Under the pieces are notes generated by a model that did no database searches, was not told where the DNA came from, and saw only the letters and a program-made list of their open reading frames with translations. Shown here in pieces: positions 36,976 to 47,451 of a DNA stretch of 64,000 nt. A program made the position numbers and the translations under genes. Each line of letters begins with the position of its first letter. Position 1 is the stretch's first letter. The stretch spans positions 15,974-79,973 of IMG/VR virus record IMGVR_UViG_3300012202_000039. One strand, written 5' to 3'. Origin of the DNA: a virus.

Positions 36976-37346
36976 GTACTTCAACTGTACCAAATTTATA
37001 TACTTTTTATAATCCGCAATATGCTTTATCTAACATATTAGGCGTAGTTACAATTAAAGGTATAGATTATCTTGATATGTTAGATCCACGTATAATCAAA
37101 TTTATTAATAGTGTTAAGAATTTCCAAATTACTGTATATGATTCATCCGTACCTTTAACCACTTTAGCTTATCAAATATATGGTACAACAACTTTATATT
37201 GGACTATATTAGTTTTTAATGGATATTTTCATGAATTAGAAATTCCAGTCGGTGCAGTATTAAAACTTCCAAATCTTAATGATTTCAAAGATATATTTAT
37301 TCCACAAGTAGCTGCCCAACGTCGTGGGCAAACTATAACGGTATAA
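36972..37346 (+). CDS. baseplate wedge protein (gp53/LysM-like)
   Basis: LAYQIYGTTTLYWTILVFNG...G.VLKLP. Confidence 0.75.
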   Translation: MSTSTVPNLYTFYNPQYALSNILGVVTIKGIDYLDMLDPRIIKFINSVKNFQITVYDSSVPLTTLAYQIYGTTTLYWTILVFNGYFHELEIPVGAVLKLPNLNDFKDIFIPQVAAQRRGQTITV

Positions 37347-37348
37347 AA

Positions 37349-38539
37349 ATGACTAATAAAATAAATATAGGTGACCAGTATTATCTCATCATTAGTATAG
37401 ATAATCAACCTTTTTATATATCTCCTTCTAGTTTTAGTTTATACATCACACAAAGTGTATTAACCAAATTACCTGTATTAAAATTGAATTTACGTAATGA
37501 TCCTACAGGAAGATTAACACATTATTTTCAAGTTAGTGATGGTATATCTATTACTACAGAAATTGGTAGAGAAAGTGATCAAACTCGTAAAATAAAGAAT
37601 TCTTGGCGTATGTTTGGACCACCAAAATTTTCACCAGCAGCTGGTGGTATGAATGTCGAAATAATAGCAATATTAGATAGTATGGATTTTTTAAATAAGC
37701 AAGTACCACAATCTTATTCTAACATGCCAACTTCTGCAATAATAGATGCTATCGCTAATAGTTTAGGTTTTAAGACTAGTAATTATCGTGGAGAAAATAC
37801 CATAGATCGCTCAATTGATACGCAAACTTGGCGACCTACAACAAGAAAATATGCTGAGTTTGTTGATCATATAACTAGGCATGCTTATAATTCTAATTCT
37901 TCTGTATTTGTCACTTGTGTGGATGAAGAAAAAACTCTTTATTTTAAAGAACTTACTTCATTAATAGGAGTTAAGCCTAAAGGTATTTTTACACATAATG
38001 TAAGAGCACAATCCTCAACTAATCAAGTTATATATCCGATATTAGATTATAAAATTAAGTCTAATGCCGGACCATTGAATAGTCATATAGGTTTTGCTTT
38101 TAAAACTTTACAAGAAAGCTTAGGCGGTCTAACCACATCTTTAGTTAATACACAGATTACTCTACCTTCCAATTTTATTGAATTAAATAAAAATATTAAA
38201 GATTTAATTGGAGAAGGTAATTCTCTCTTTGAGTACCGTCCTTTAGATTGTGGAAATGTTCATTCTAATACTGAAAAAGCTTATTATCAAAATAAAAGAA
38301 TAAAAGCTTTATATTCATCAGGTTTTGACGTTTTAACTGAAACATTAACTAATGAAGATATATTATCGCCAGTTAGTTTTGATATAACGGATCCAGTTAC
38401 CCGAGAATCTAATGCTATGTATCGTGGTATTTATTTAGTGTCAGCTAAAACTCGTTGTATAGTTGGTTCACGCTATTATGAAAAATTTAGTCTAGTAGCT
38501 GCCGGCCGTGCAGTTGATGATTTTGATAGGGTAATTTAA
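37349..38539 (+). CDS. baseplate hub protein (gp27-like)
   Basis: Size, position before spike, GIYLV..KT C-terminal motif. Confidence 0.6.
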   Translation: MTNKINIGDQYYLIISIDNQPFYISPSSFSLYITQSVLTKLPVLKLNLRNDPTGRLTHYFQVSDGISITTEIGRESDQTRKIKNSWRMFGPPKFSPAAGGMNVEIIAILDSMDFLNKQVPQSYSNMPTSAIIDAIANSLGFKTSNYRGENTIDRSIDTQTWRPTTRKYAEFVDHITRHAYNSNSSVFVTCVDEEKTLYFKELTSLIGVKPKGIFTHNVRAQSSTNQVIYPILDYKIKSNAGPLNSHIGFAFKTLQESLGGLTTSLVNTQITLPSNFIELNKNIKDLIGEGNSLFEYRPLDCGNVHSNTEKAYYQNKRIKALYSSGFDVLTETLTNEDILSPVSFDITDPVTRESNAMYRGIYLVSAKTRCIVGSRYYEKFSLVAAGRAVDDFDRVI

Positions 38540-38541
38540 TA

Positions 38542-39231
38542 ATGTTTGATCCAACATCACAATTAAAGAAACCTTCTTTTTTAGATCATGTTTTTAAAGC
38601 TAAAGTGGTTAATAATAATGATCCTTTGAAAAATCAACGTGTAACTATTCGTATAAATGGATTACACGATACTGTACAAGATGTAGATTTACCTTGGGCA
38701 ATTAAACGTGGTAATTCTTCTATAACAGGTAATACAGGTCATACTGGTGAAGTTAGCGTGCCCGATATAGGTTCAGATTTACACGTAATTATGCAAGATG
38801 AAAGTGATAATTATCCTATTTACGTAGGTTACGGTTTCTTCGGTAACTCCATTCCGATAGAATTACTAAATTTAGATTATCCTAATACCGTAGGATTTAT
38901 AGATAAGAATAATAATTTATTTTTTATTAATAAACATACCAACGAAGTTAAATATAATCATAAATCAGGAACAATACTTAATATATTACCTAGTGGAGAA
39001 ATACATATAATATCCTCATCCGGTGGTAATATTAATATTAGTTCTAATGGTACTACACAAATACTATCTTCAGGTATAACTAATATATCAGCTATGGATA
39101 GATTACAAATATTATCATCTAGTAGAATAGACATTAGTGCACCTGCAATAACATTCTGGTCACCCAATGTTAGTACGATATCTACATTAATACTTCCAAT
39201 TGGGCCTCTATCTCCTACTGTTAGGAGTTAA
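38542..39231 (+). CDS. baseplate spike (gp5/gpV OB-fold)
   Basis: VVNNNDP...RV.IRI.GLH....LPWA, VPDIGS; beta-helix repeats. Confidence 0.85.
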   Translation: MFDPTSQLKKPSFLDHVFKAKVVNNNDPLKNQRVTIRINGLHDTVQDVDLPWAIKRGNSSITGNTGHTGEVSVPDIGSDLHVIMQDESDNYPIYVGYGFFGNSIPIELLNLDYPNTVGFIDKNNNLFFINKHTNEVKYNHKSGTILNILPSGEIHIISSSGGNINISSNGTTQILSSGITNISAMDRLQILSSSRIDISAPAITFWSPNVSTISTLILPIGPLSPTVRS

Positions 39232-39234
39232 TCA

Positions 39235-39678
39235 ATGACTATACCTCCACAAGTAACTATACTGCCAACTAATATACATAGTCGCATAGTAATTTATAAT
39301 GATATAAATTTAAATTTTACGATAGATAATGATCCTTTTATTGTAAATAATGTCTTAGCTATTAATAAGAAAATAATTAATTTATTACAAACAACGATAG
39401 GCAGTCGACCATGGGAACCAACTTTTGGCTCTAGAGTACCAGATCTACTTTTTGATCCAGTTGATGATATTACAGCTTGGGAATTAGAAACAGCTATATT
39501 TGATGCTATACAAACTTGGTTGGGCACTGAAATTCAATTAGATTTAACTAATACTTTAATAATACCAGATAAAGATAATGGAGAATTTCTAGCTAGAATA
39601 GCTTATATTATAAAAAAGAATAATGTAGTTACTTCTATCGAAGTGAATTTATCGCCAAATAACAATATGAGTATATAA
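39235..39678 (+). CDS. gp25-like baseplate/sheath initiator
   Basis: NLLQT.IGSRPWEPTFGS..DLLFDP. Confidence 0.9.
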   Translation: MTIPPQVTILPTNIHSRIVIYNDINLNFTIDNDPFIVNNVLAINKKIINLLQTTIGSRPWEPTFGSRVPDLLFDPVDDITAWELETAIFDAIQTWLGTEIQLDLTNTLIIPDKDNGEFLARIAYIIKKNNVVTSIEVNLSPNNNMSI

Positions 39679-39682
39679 AGCA

Positions 39683-41110
39683 ATGACAGTCCCTATTCCT
39701 CCACCGATAGTTCTTTCACAAATTACTCCCGACTTCGAAGATATCGCCTCTCAATTAATTTCCGATTTATCTACACCTACTTCAACTTGGGCAGATAAAT
39801 TAACTGTTGATCCAGCACAATCTTTAATTCAGATAGTTGCTGGAGTTGGTGCCGCTTCACAATTATCTATAATTCGTGCTCTTCAAGAGAGTATGGGAGA
39901 TACGGCACAACTACCTTCTAGCCGATATATAATTGCACGAATGTTTTCTATTCATATTCAGCGTAAAATAAGTGCTAATACTGTTGTCACTTTGACTAAC
40001 AAAGATATAACACAATTTGTATTTATACCCGCATATTCACAATTTAATGTGGATAATGATTTCTATTTTAATCGTACAGCAATAACCTTTAATGTAGGTG
40101 TAGCTACACAAATAGTTACCTTATATCAAGGTACAATTACTACACAAGATTTTATTAGCGATGGTACTCCATTTCAATCTTTTATTTTTGGTTTACAAGA
40201 TTTTTCTACATCTGATATTGATTTATTTTGTATAGTTAATGGTACAATGACTTTTAATTCTATTACTAACGGCATATGGAATTACGGTCCTAACGATCAA
40301 ATTTTTTATGAAAATAGTTATCCTAGTGGTGAAGTAGAGGTTAGATTCGGTAATAATATTTACGGTAAAATTCCTCCTATTAATTCAACTTTAGTTTTTA
40401 CATATGCTTTAGTATCGGGCGTACAAGGTAATGTTAGTACTACCGGTAGAATAGTAAGTATTATTACCCAACCATTAATCTCTGGGGTTACTACTACTCC
40501 ATGCGTAGGTGGATTAGAGCAAAAAGATTCTAGTTTTTATAGTATAGTTGGTCCGACTATATTTGCGGCTAATCAGCGGGCAGTTACTCGTACTGATTAC
40601 GTAGCGCAAGCCTTACAATACCCAGGTGTTATTGATGCTATATTTCGTGGTCAAGCAGATATAGCTCCTAACGATATTAGGTTCATGAATATAGTATATG
40701 CTACAATATTAACTAATCCGTTATTCACTGATATACAGTTTCAAGCTTTTATTACTTATTTAAAAAATTTAGCCACCTATCAAGTGTTTATAGAAAGAGC
40801 TGATCCATCGCCCGTACCCGTTACAGTGTCTGCTACTATTTCTTGTAAATTGCAATCTAATCTCGCATCAATAATGACTACAGTATTAAGTAATCTAAAT
40901 GCATTTTTTACTTTAAAGGTCGGTAGTTTAGGCTTTTCTATATATCGTAGTGATCTACATGATATTATATTAAATTCAGATCCTAATATTGTTTTCGTAG
41001 TAATAAATTCCCCAAATAATGATATTTTAGTTAATCAGTTACAATACGTTACCTTATCAGGTACACCAATATTAACTATGAATTATACTACTAGGTCAGT
41101 GAGTCCGTAA
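39683..41110 (+). CDS. baseplate wedge protein (gp6/J-like)
   Basis: VRFGNNIYGKIP, G..GN, QRAVT..DY. Confidence 0.85.
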   Translation: MTVPIPPPIVLSQITPDFEDIASQLISDLSTPTSTWADKLTVDPAQSLIQIVAGVGAASQLSIIRALQESMGDTAQLPSSRYIIARMFSIHIQRKISANTVVTLTNKDITQFVFIPAYSQFNVDNDFYFNRTAITFNVGVATQIVTLYQGTITTQDFISDGTPFQSFIFGLQDFSTSDIDLFCIVNGTMTFNSITNGIWNYGPNDQIFYENSYPSGEVEVRFGNNIYGKIPPINSTLVFTYALVSGVQGNVSTTGRIVSIITQPLISGVTTTPCVGGLEQKDSSFYSIVGPTIFAANQRAVTRTDYVAQALQYPGVIDAIFRGQADIAPNDIRFMNIVYATILTNPLFTDIQFQAFITYLKNLATYQVFIERADPSPVPVTVSATISCKLQSNLASIMTTVLSNLNAFFTLKVGSLGFSIYRSDLHDIILNSDPNIVFVVINSPNNDILVNQLQYVTLSGTPILTMNYTTRSVSP

Positions 41111-42411
41111 TGACCATTCCCCCAATTATAGATTATAGCAATTTTTTAACTGAACCTTTTGCTAAAAATCAATTATGGGTAGATTTAATTAATTCTGTGT
41201 CCAACGTCATGGAATATAATATTAATGCCCCACGACGTTTATTAGAAAATATTAGACATACGTCTTCAGAGAGATTATATCTTCAAAAAAATGTTAAGAT
41301 GTTAGGTTTTGAAGATAAATCTTCTATTTTACTAGATGATGATTATCGTCGTTTATTACAATTTATTTCTTTATATCATGAACAAAATGGTAACGTTAGT
41401 TTTACAAATTTCTATGGATATATTAAGGGTTCATTTTTTAATATATTTCAATTATGGACAAAAGATTACATAACGTTTGTCGAAGATTTTCAGATAAATA
41501 TGGCTACTCAGCCAATAACTCGTGGCGGTAATTTTTATCCAACCTCTCATGTTAACTTATATTTTGATGCTGAAACTTTTCCTATTCAAGATCCTAAAGA
41601 TTTAACTCCTTTCTTCTATAGAATTGCCCCTATTCACTTAGTACTCAAAGATATTATAGCTACTATATTTGGTAATACTAGCCTTACTTTAGATACTGGT
41701 AATGCAGGATTAGTTGAGATTCAGGATGTAGGAGTATTCGTTGACTTATTCGTACAAAAATACTCTACTACGGCCATAGCCAATCAAATAGTATTTAATA
41801 CTGGGGTGAATAATATATCACCTATGGTATTTTCTATTAATGGAATTAATTTCTTTAACGCTATTTCTATAAGCTCTCCAGGATCTAATACTTTAATATA
41901 TAATTCAACATTAGGCAATTATAATATTCAAGCTGGAGATGTTGTAAATGTTCTCTATAATATAAATGATAGTAGTTACATACAAAAATTAAATATAACA
42001 GCTACATTAAATCAAACAGTATTTAATGTAGGTATTGTCGGATTAACTTTTATATCTATATTTATTAATGGAATTAATTTCCCTTTAGAATGTTTTATTT
42101 ATCCTAATGGATCTACTTTAGTCACATATAATCCTATGTTAACTAGTTATACTATACAAGCTGGAGATATAGTTTTATTTTTATATTCTCCTGCTAATAC
42201 TAATCCTTTAAGAGAATTATTATTTACGGCAACAGCTAATCAAATAAATTTTGTTACTACTGTATCTAATGTTGTACCTTTAGCTTTTTATGTTAAAGGT
42301 ACTGATAAAATCAATGCTTGTACTACTAGTGGTAATACTGTTATATATAATCCTAGTACCGGTATGTACACAATACAAGCTGGTGATATCATAGTTATAC
42401 GAGTACAATAA
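41110..42411 (+). CDS. baseplate wedge protein (gp7/I-like) with three C-terminal repeat domains
   Basis: FYRIAPIHLVL motif; three YN....Y.IQAGD repeats. Confidence 0.65.
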   Translation: MTIPPIIDYSNFLTEPFAKNQLWVDLINSVSNVMEYNINAPRRLLENIRHTSSERLYLQKNVKMLGFEDKSSILLDDDYRRLLQFISLYHEQNGNVSFTNFYGYIKGSFFNIFQLWTKDYITFVEDFQINMATQPITRGGNFYPTSHVNLYFDAETFPIQDPKDLTPFFYRIAPIHLVLKDIIATIFGNTSLTLDTGNAGLVEIQDVGVFVDLFVQKYSTTAIANQIVFNTGVNNISPMVFSINGINFFNAISISSPGSNTLIYNSTLGNYNIQAGDVVNVLYNINDSSYIQKLNITATLNQTVFNVGIVGLTFISIFINGINFPLECFIYPNGSTLVTYNPMLTSYTIQAGDIVLFLYSPANTNPLRELLFTATANQINFVTTVSNVVPLAFYVKGTDKINACTTSGNTVIYNPSTGMYTIQAGDIIVIRVQ

Positions 42412-42420
42412 GGTGTTATT

Positions 42421-43203
42421 ATGCAAGAACAACTATTAAATACTGGGCGTAATGCCTTAGTTAATGCCTTAATAACAAATACTCCGATTAATATTACTAA
42501 ACTACATATCAGTGCTATACCTAATATAACTTTAGATCCTGCTGCTACAGACGTAGTTGGCGGTATAGTTTATTCTAGTTCTTCCGGTAATATATTTGCT
42601 GATGTAATTAATAGTAATGAGTTACGTATTCTAGTCAAGTTGGATCAGACAATAGGTAGTTTTTTAATAGGCAATGTTGTACTTTTCTTAGATGATGGTA
42701 CACCATTTATGTCGGGATCGATAACAACCGCGGTGCAAAAATTAGTACAAAATCTACCTAGTGAAGTCGGTAATATTGTAACGCTAAATATGACATTAAC
42801 TTATACTAACGTAACTACCGCGGTTAATGTTACTATTTTGAATCCTCTATATGCTACTCTGCCATTTATCACGGACACGAATGCTTTACCAATAGCTGGA
42901 TTTGCAGCTTACGATGTATATAATGTACAAAATGATGTACGTAGTGGTAGGCCAGTAATAGTATTTCGTCGCGCTAGTGATAATACTTGGTGGAGTTCAC
43001 CTATAGTCGATCCTTATGATTCAGCTGATTTTGGTTTAGTAGTATTAGATGGTGGTGTTTTACAAGATAATATGTTAACTGCGCCAACGCGTATAGTTGG
43101 GGGAGCTTTGTATAGTCCTCCTTTAATAACAAGAAATATAGATTTTGGGCAATATACTGGGCCAGCGCCGACTACCAATCGTGATTTTGGTACTTACACA
43201 TAG
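42421..43203 (+). CDS. tail fibre baseplate-attachment protein
   Basis: LLNTG..AL, IGSF.IG.V.LF.DDG as in fibre N-termini. Confidence 0.6.
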   Translation: MQEQLLNTGRNALVNALITNTPINITKLHISAIPNITLDPAATDVVGGIVYSSSSGNIFADVINSNELRILVKLDQTIGSFLIGNVVLFLDDGTPFMSGSITTAVQKLVQNLPSEVGNIVTLNMTLTYTNVTTAVNVTILNPLYATLPFITDTNALPIAGFAAYDVYNVQNDVRSGRPVIVFRRASDNTWWSSPIVDPYDSADFGLVVLDGGVLQDNMLTAPTRIVGGALYSPPLITRNIDFGQYTGPAPTTNRDFGTYT

Positions 43204-43211
43204 GTAATTTT

Positions 43212-43613
43212 ATGAGGAATGAAATACTTAAATTTGTTAGAAAAATAGGTAATTGGAATACTTCTATAGGAAGATATCCGGATGTAGCTGAACCCTTCTA
43301 TGATGCGTCAAATAGTAGTGCTGGAGTCGGTGATGGAACATCTAATCCACCTATATTTTTAACTAACAAAAACCAAGCTATTGGCACATTGATAATAATG
43401 GCAACTCCGATAGCTCCAGATAATAATTTCTTAATATGTAATGGACAAGCTATATCAAGAACTACTTATTCGGTACTATTTTCAATAATAAATGTAGCCT
43501 GGGGTGCTGGAAATGGTTCAACTACCTTTAATTTACCACCAGCTAATGCTATAGGTACTTTAATATCACCCGCTACATTATATATACGAGTTTTACAGAC
43601 GGTATTAACTTAA
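43212..43613 (+). CDS. tail collar domain protein
   Basis: FLICNGQAISRTTYSVLF....WGAGNGSTTFNLP. Confidence 0.85.
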   Translation: MRNEILKFVRKIGNWNTSIGRYPDVAEPFYDASNSSAGVGDGTSNPPIFLTNKNQAIGTLIIMATPIAPDNNFLICNGQAISRTTYSVLFSIINVAWGAGNGSTTFNLPPANAIGTLISPATLYIRVLQTVLT

Positions 43614-43626
43614 AGGAATAGTTTAT

Positions 43627-44466
43627 ATGACGGATAAATTGCAATTTAGACGAGGGGTAGCTTCTGCTAGACCAGCAATAGATATAGGTGAACCCGCGTG
43701 GGATACTGATACTAAAATTCTTAACGTAGGTGATGGTACGGGATCACCACCACAAGTACTGATGAATAATGCTAATCAAATATTAGCTAATAAAGTAATA
43801 CAACATATACTACCTACAGCAGTTGGTGGACTAAATACCTTTGTTATAACTATAACTAATACTTTTTTGACTGCTTATAGTTTAGGTGATGAATTCCAAT
43901 TTATAGCTAATAATCCTAATACCTCAACAACTGTTACATTAAATGTAAATTCTATAGGTGCTTTACCTATTACGACAAATAATGGTGTTGGATTACTAAT
44001 CGGAGAAATTCAGACAGGAATAATTGTTCGTGTTATATATGATGGGACGCTATTTCGTTTAATAGGTTCGGGGTCTACCGTACCTGGTAATGAAACTGGT
44101 ACTAATCAGAATAGTTTTTCTATAGGTGACGGTTTAGCCTCAGATAAAAAGTTAATAGCAGGAAATGATGATACCAATAAACCTTATATAGTATTTTCTG
44201 AAAGTAATAATACATGGCAATGGTCCAATGACGGCACTACGGTAACATCATTTGGTACCGCATCTACGTTAGGAAATACGACGAATTTAGGTGATGGTAC
44301 TAACGGTAATAAGGTATTACAAGCTAATACCGCAGCTTCACCCAAACCAGCAATTAGATGGAATCAAACTACTACTGTTTGGGAATTCTCTAACGATGGC
44401 ACTAACTTTCTTGCTTTAGGTGCTGGTGGTAGTGATTTATTTAATTTTGCTAATAATATTACCTAA
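43627..44466 (+). CDS. tail fibre protein
   Basis: LQFRRG..GEP.WDTDT....VGDG N-terminus; duplicated GDG..K.L.A....KP.I...WxxSNDGT modules. Confidence 0.65.
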   Translation: MTDKLQFRRGVASARPAIDIGEPAWDTDTKILNVGDGTGSPPQVLMNNANQILANKVIQHILPTAVGGLNTFVITITNTFLTAYSLGDEFQFIANNPNTSTTVTLNVNSIGALPITTNNGVGLLIGEIQTGIIVRVIYDGTLFRLIGSGSTVPGNETGTNQNSFSIGDGLASDKKLIAGNDDTNKPYIVFSESNNTWQWSNDGTTVTSFGTASTLGNTTNLGDGTNGNKVLQANTAASPKPAIRWNQTTTVWEFSNDGTNFLALGAGGSDLFNFANNIT

Positions 44467-44481
44467 AGGAATAATTATAAA

Positions 44482-44868
44482 ATGGCTAATCAATCTTTAT
44501 ATGTAGCTACACCTTTAACTTGGCTTGCTCAAATATCAGCAGCTAATGCAAACTTAGATGGTACTGGTACTTTAGTTACGGTTATGACTGCAACTACGGC
44601 ATTAGGATCACGCATAGATCGTGGTTTCGTTCAATCTATAGTTACAACATCTGCCGGTATGGTTCGTTTATTTATGAATAATACCACTAATATGCGTTTA
44701 TTTTATGAACTTCCTGTAGGTGCACAAACACCAAGTTCAACTTTTCCAGCTTGGGCAGATAATTTTAGTTTTGATGGTGGTTTATTTGTGCCCAATGGTT
44801 GGTCAATTATGGCAGGCACACAAATAGCTAATACATTTAATGTGTTTTTAAGTGGAGGTAATTTCTAA
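44482..44868 (+). CDS. putative fibre-associated structural protein
   Basis: Beta-rich 128 aa in the fibre cluster. Confidence 0.5.
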   Translation: MANQSLYVATPLTWLAQISAANANLDGTGTLVTVMTATTALGSRIDRGFVQSIVTTSAGMVRLFMNNTTNMRLFYELPVGAQTPSSTFPAWADNFSFDGGLFVPNGWSIMAGTQIANTFNVFLSGGNF

Positions 44869-45986
44869 TGCCTGATACTGGCGCTTTTGTAGTACCTAAA
44901 TCAACTAAGTTAGGTCCGCGTGGATCTAATTTTAATAACACATCTATATGGACTAATCTACGTATGTATTTTGTACCAGGTGTTTATACTTGGTATCCAC
45001 CGGATGGTGTAAGTTATGCTCGTGGTGCTGTTTTAGGTGGCGGTGGCAGTCCAGCTGCTAGTTTTTCTTCTGCTGGCGGAGGAGGAGGTTATGCTCATGA
45101 TATATTCAAAACTACAAAAGGAACTCCAATTACTGTTACAGTAGGTGCCTCAGGTTCTACTTCTTCAGTAGGTCCTTATGTTTCTGCTACTGGTGGAGCA
45201 ACACCCACTACTTCTACAGGTGGTGTAGGAGGTACAGGATCATTTACTTCACCTTATGGATTTGCTGCTAGTGGCGGTACCGGTGGTAATGGCCAATCAG
45301 GAACTAAAGCTGGTGGTGGGGGTGGTGCTAGTGGATCACCTTATGGAATTGGTGGCGGCGGCGGTACTACTAATTCTAGTTCGGGTCCAGGTGGTGGTGG
45401 TGGTGGCTGGGGAGGTAGCGGTGGTAGTACTAATACGACTGTTGGTGGATCTGGTGGCGCTGGCGGTGGTGGGGGTGGTGGTTCTTTAGGAATACCAGGA
45501 TTTCTTATTGTTGGCGGTGGTGGTAATGCCGGATATGCAGGTGGACAAGGATTAGTTCCAGGAGGATTAGGAGGAGCATCTTTAGCGGCAGCAGCTACTT
45601 CTGGTACAGCTGGTAATGGTATATCTGGTGGTAGTTTAGCCTTACCTAATGCTCCAAATGCATCACCTTTTTATATTTTAGGTAGTGGTGGTGGTGGTGG
45701 TGGTAGTGCTGGTGCTTCTGGATCTACAGCGGGCATAGGTGGTGCTGGTGGAAATGGTAGTGGTGGTGGGGGTGGTGGCGGCGGAGTTAACATTACTTCT
45801 TCTACAGATTTTACAGGTGGGCAAGCTGGCGGTCATGGTGGATTTGGTGGTGGTGGTGGTGGTGGCGGAGGTTCTTCTTCCGGCAGTGGATCTGTAAGCA
45901 ATTATGGTGGTAATGGTGGACTTGGCGGTGGTGGTGGTGGTAATATTTCTGTAGGTGGCGGCGGCTATGCAGAAATTGCATTTTAA
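44868..45986 (+). CDS. glycine-rich (polyglycine II-type) fibre/adhesin protein
   Basis: PGVYTW.PPDGV....VLGGGG followed by many poly-Gly runs. Confidence 0.7.
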   Translation: MPDTGAFVVPKSTKLGPRGSNFNNTSIWTNLRMYFVPGVYTWYPPDGVSYARGAVLGGGGSPAASFSSAGGGGGYAHDIFKTTKGTPITVTVGASGSTSSVGPYVSATGGATPTTSTGGVGGTGSFTSPYGFAASGGTGGNGQSGTKAGGGGGASGSPYGIGGGGGTTNSSSGPGGGGGGWGGSGGSTNTTVGGSGGAGGGGGGGSLGIPGFLIVGGGGNAGYAGGQGLVPGGLGGASLAAAATSGTAGNGISGGSLALPNAPNASPFYILGSGGGGGGSAGASGSTAGIGGAGGNGSGGGGGGGGVNITSSTDFTGGQAGGHGGFGGGGGGGGGSSSGSGSVSNYGGNGGLGGGGGGNISVGGGGYAEIAF

Positions 45987-46001
45987 TATAGGAGTAATAT
46001 A

Positions 46002-46472
46002 ATGACAACGTGGGCTAGAATTATAAATAATGATTTGATTGCAGAAGTAACAGAAATAGATCCTAAAGATAGATTTCATTCGGATATAATATGGTCTATT
46101 GTACCAGAAGGAACTAAACAAAATGCTACATTAATTAATGGTGTTTGGACTAACCCTGTTCCACCTCCTGTCGTGGTACCTTCGCCACCCCCACCACCAG
46201 GAATTGGTACTACGACGCCATCTCCAGCTATAGTTTTTACTTTATTGACTTTACAAGAAAATATAGATTTACGTGCTAGTACTGATCTAGGTGTACTAGC
46301 TTGGTTACGCATAGTAGATGATTTACGTCTAACTGAAGTTAATCTAACAACTCCACCTGTTATTCAAGCTGTCAACTATTTAACTACAATAGCAGTACCT
46401 AATACAGTTCCATCTAGGACTATATTAACTGCTGATCGTCCAGCACATATATTAGCAGGATTTTATCCTTAA
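46002..46472 (+). CDS. putative fibre assembly protein
   Basis: WARI.N..IAE....DP..RFH..I.W; Pro-rich linker. Confidence 0.55.
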   Translation: MTTWARIINNDLIAEVTEIDPKDRFHSDIIWSIVPEGTKQNATLINGVWTNPVPPPVVVPSPPPPPGIGTTTPSPAIVFTLLTLQENIDLRASTDLGVLAWLRIVDDLRLTEVNLTTPPVIQAVNYLTTIAVPNTVPSRTILTADRPAHILAGFYP

Positions 46473-46484
46473 TTAATGTAAAAT

Positions 46485-46518
46485 AAATAAGCGGGGAAAT
46501 CGATTTCCCCGCTTATTT
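46485..46518. terminator. perfect 34-bp palindrome (terminator-like)
   Basis: AAATAAGCGGGGAAATC|GATTTCCCCGCTTATTT. Confidence 0.75.
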
Positions 46519-46519
46519 C

Positions 46520-46527
46520 CTGTAAAT
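46520..46527 (+). promoter_or_regulatory. putative promoter motif CTGTAAAT
   Basis: Third intergenic copy, immediately after a terminator and before a GGAG RBS. Confidence 0.5.
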
Positions 46528-46556
46528 TATATTTAGTTAGTATTCGGAGTAATATT

Positions 46557-46829
46557 ATGTCAGAAGATACTTTAGTTCATGCGTCTAATTTTTATTTTAC
46601 TTATGATAAGTTTAATTTTCTTATACAATTTACCCAGATATTAAATGAAGTTATTAACGACGAATCTGGTAGATCATTACAATTCACACAAAAAATTATC
46701 CCAGAGCAATATGTTATGTCACCACAAGCTTTCAAAGAAATGATGCATATGGGAGCTAAACTTATACGAGAATATGAAGAAAAAAATGGAAAAATGGAAT
46801 TTATTAAAGGTCCTGATGATAAAGAATAA
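46557..46829 (+). CDS. DUF3467-like small protein
   Basis: SNF......F.IQF.Q...VMSPQAFK......IREYEEKNG resembles the DUF3467 pattern. Confidence 0.5.
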   Translation: MSEDTLVHASNFYFTYDKFNFLIQFTQILNEVINDESGRSLQFTQKIIPEQYVMSPQAFKEMMHMGAKLIREYEEKNGKMEFIKGPDDKE

Positions 46830-46845
46830 TATAAGGAATTAAAGA

Positions 46846-47067
46846 ATGCCTTCGCCACCTACTCCACCTTCACCTCCACCGTCTATAACGGTCAGTGATC
46901 AGGTGATTCTTACTGAGGCCATGATTCAATATGCAATATATTACTATCTGGCATCAATAGGCATCACTATTAGTGCTTCAACCGCAGTTTATACAGTCAC
47001 TGATCCAAACTGGAATGATCCTATTAACGTAACTAAACCCGTAGTAACTATAGTTTGGACTCCATAA
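46846..47067 (+). CDS. Pro-rich small protein
   Basis: 73 aa, AAGGA RBS. Confidence 0.5.
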   Translation: MPSPPTPPSPPPSITVSDQVILTEAMIQYAIYYYLASIGITISASTAVYTVTDPNWNDPINVTKPVVTIVWTP

Positions 47068-47079
47068 ATGAGGTAAATA

Positions 47080-47451
47080 ATGGCAAATCCAGGTACTTAT
47101 GATATTATTGCTCGTCAATCAAGTGATCTTAATATAATTTTCTTATGGAAAGATAATAATGGAAATCCTATTAATCTAACGGGTTATCTTGGGGCATTTA
47201 TGCAAGTTAGACAATCTTTTGGTAGTCCTCAAGTATTTTTTGATTATAATACTAATAATAGTAAATTAACTCTAGGCGGTATGACTGGTACTATTACTTT
47301 ATTTGATTCTGGCATTAACACTCTAGGGTATGCGGCTAATTTTAAAGGTGTATACGATTTAATTTTAGTTGGCCCAACAGACACGAGAATTACTATTCTT
47401 AGTGGTAATTTTACGGTGCAGCAGGGTGTAACTCTGGTGCCACTGCCATGA
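47080..47451 (+). CDS. BppU/LtfC-like fibre adaptor protein
   Basis: W.D..G.PINLTGY...MQVR...GVYDL.L......IL.G.F.V. Confidence 0.6.
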   Translation: MANPGTYDIIARQSSDLNIIFLWKDNNGNPINLTGYLGAFMQVRQSFGSPQVFFDYNTNNSKLTLGGMTGTITLFDSGINTLGYAANFKGVYDLILVGPTDTRITILSGNFTVQQGVTLVPLP

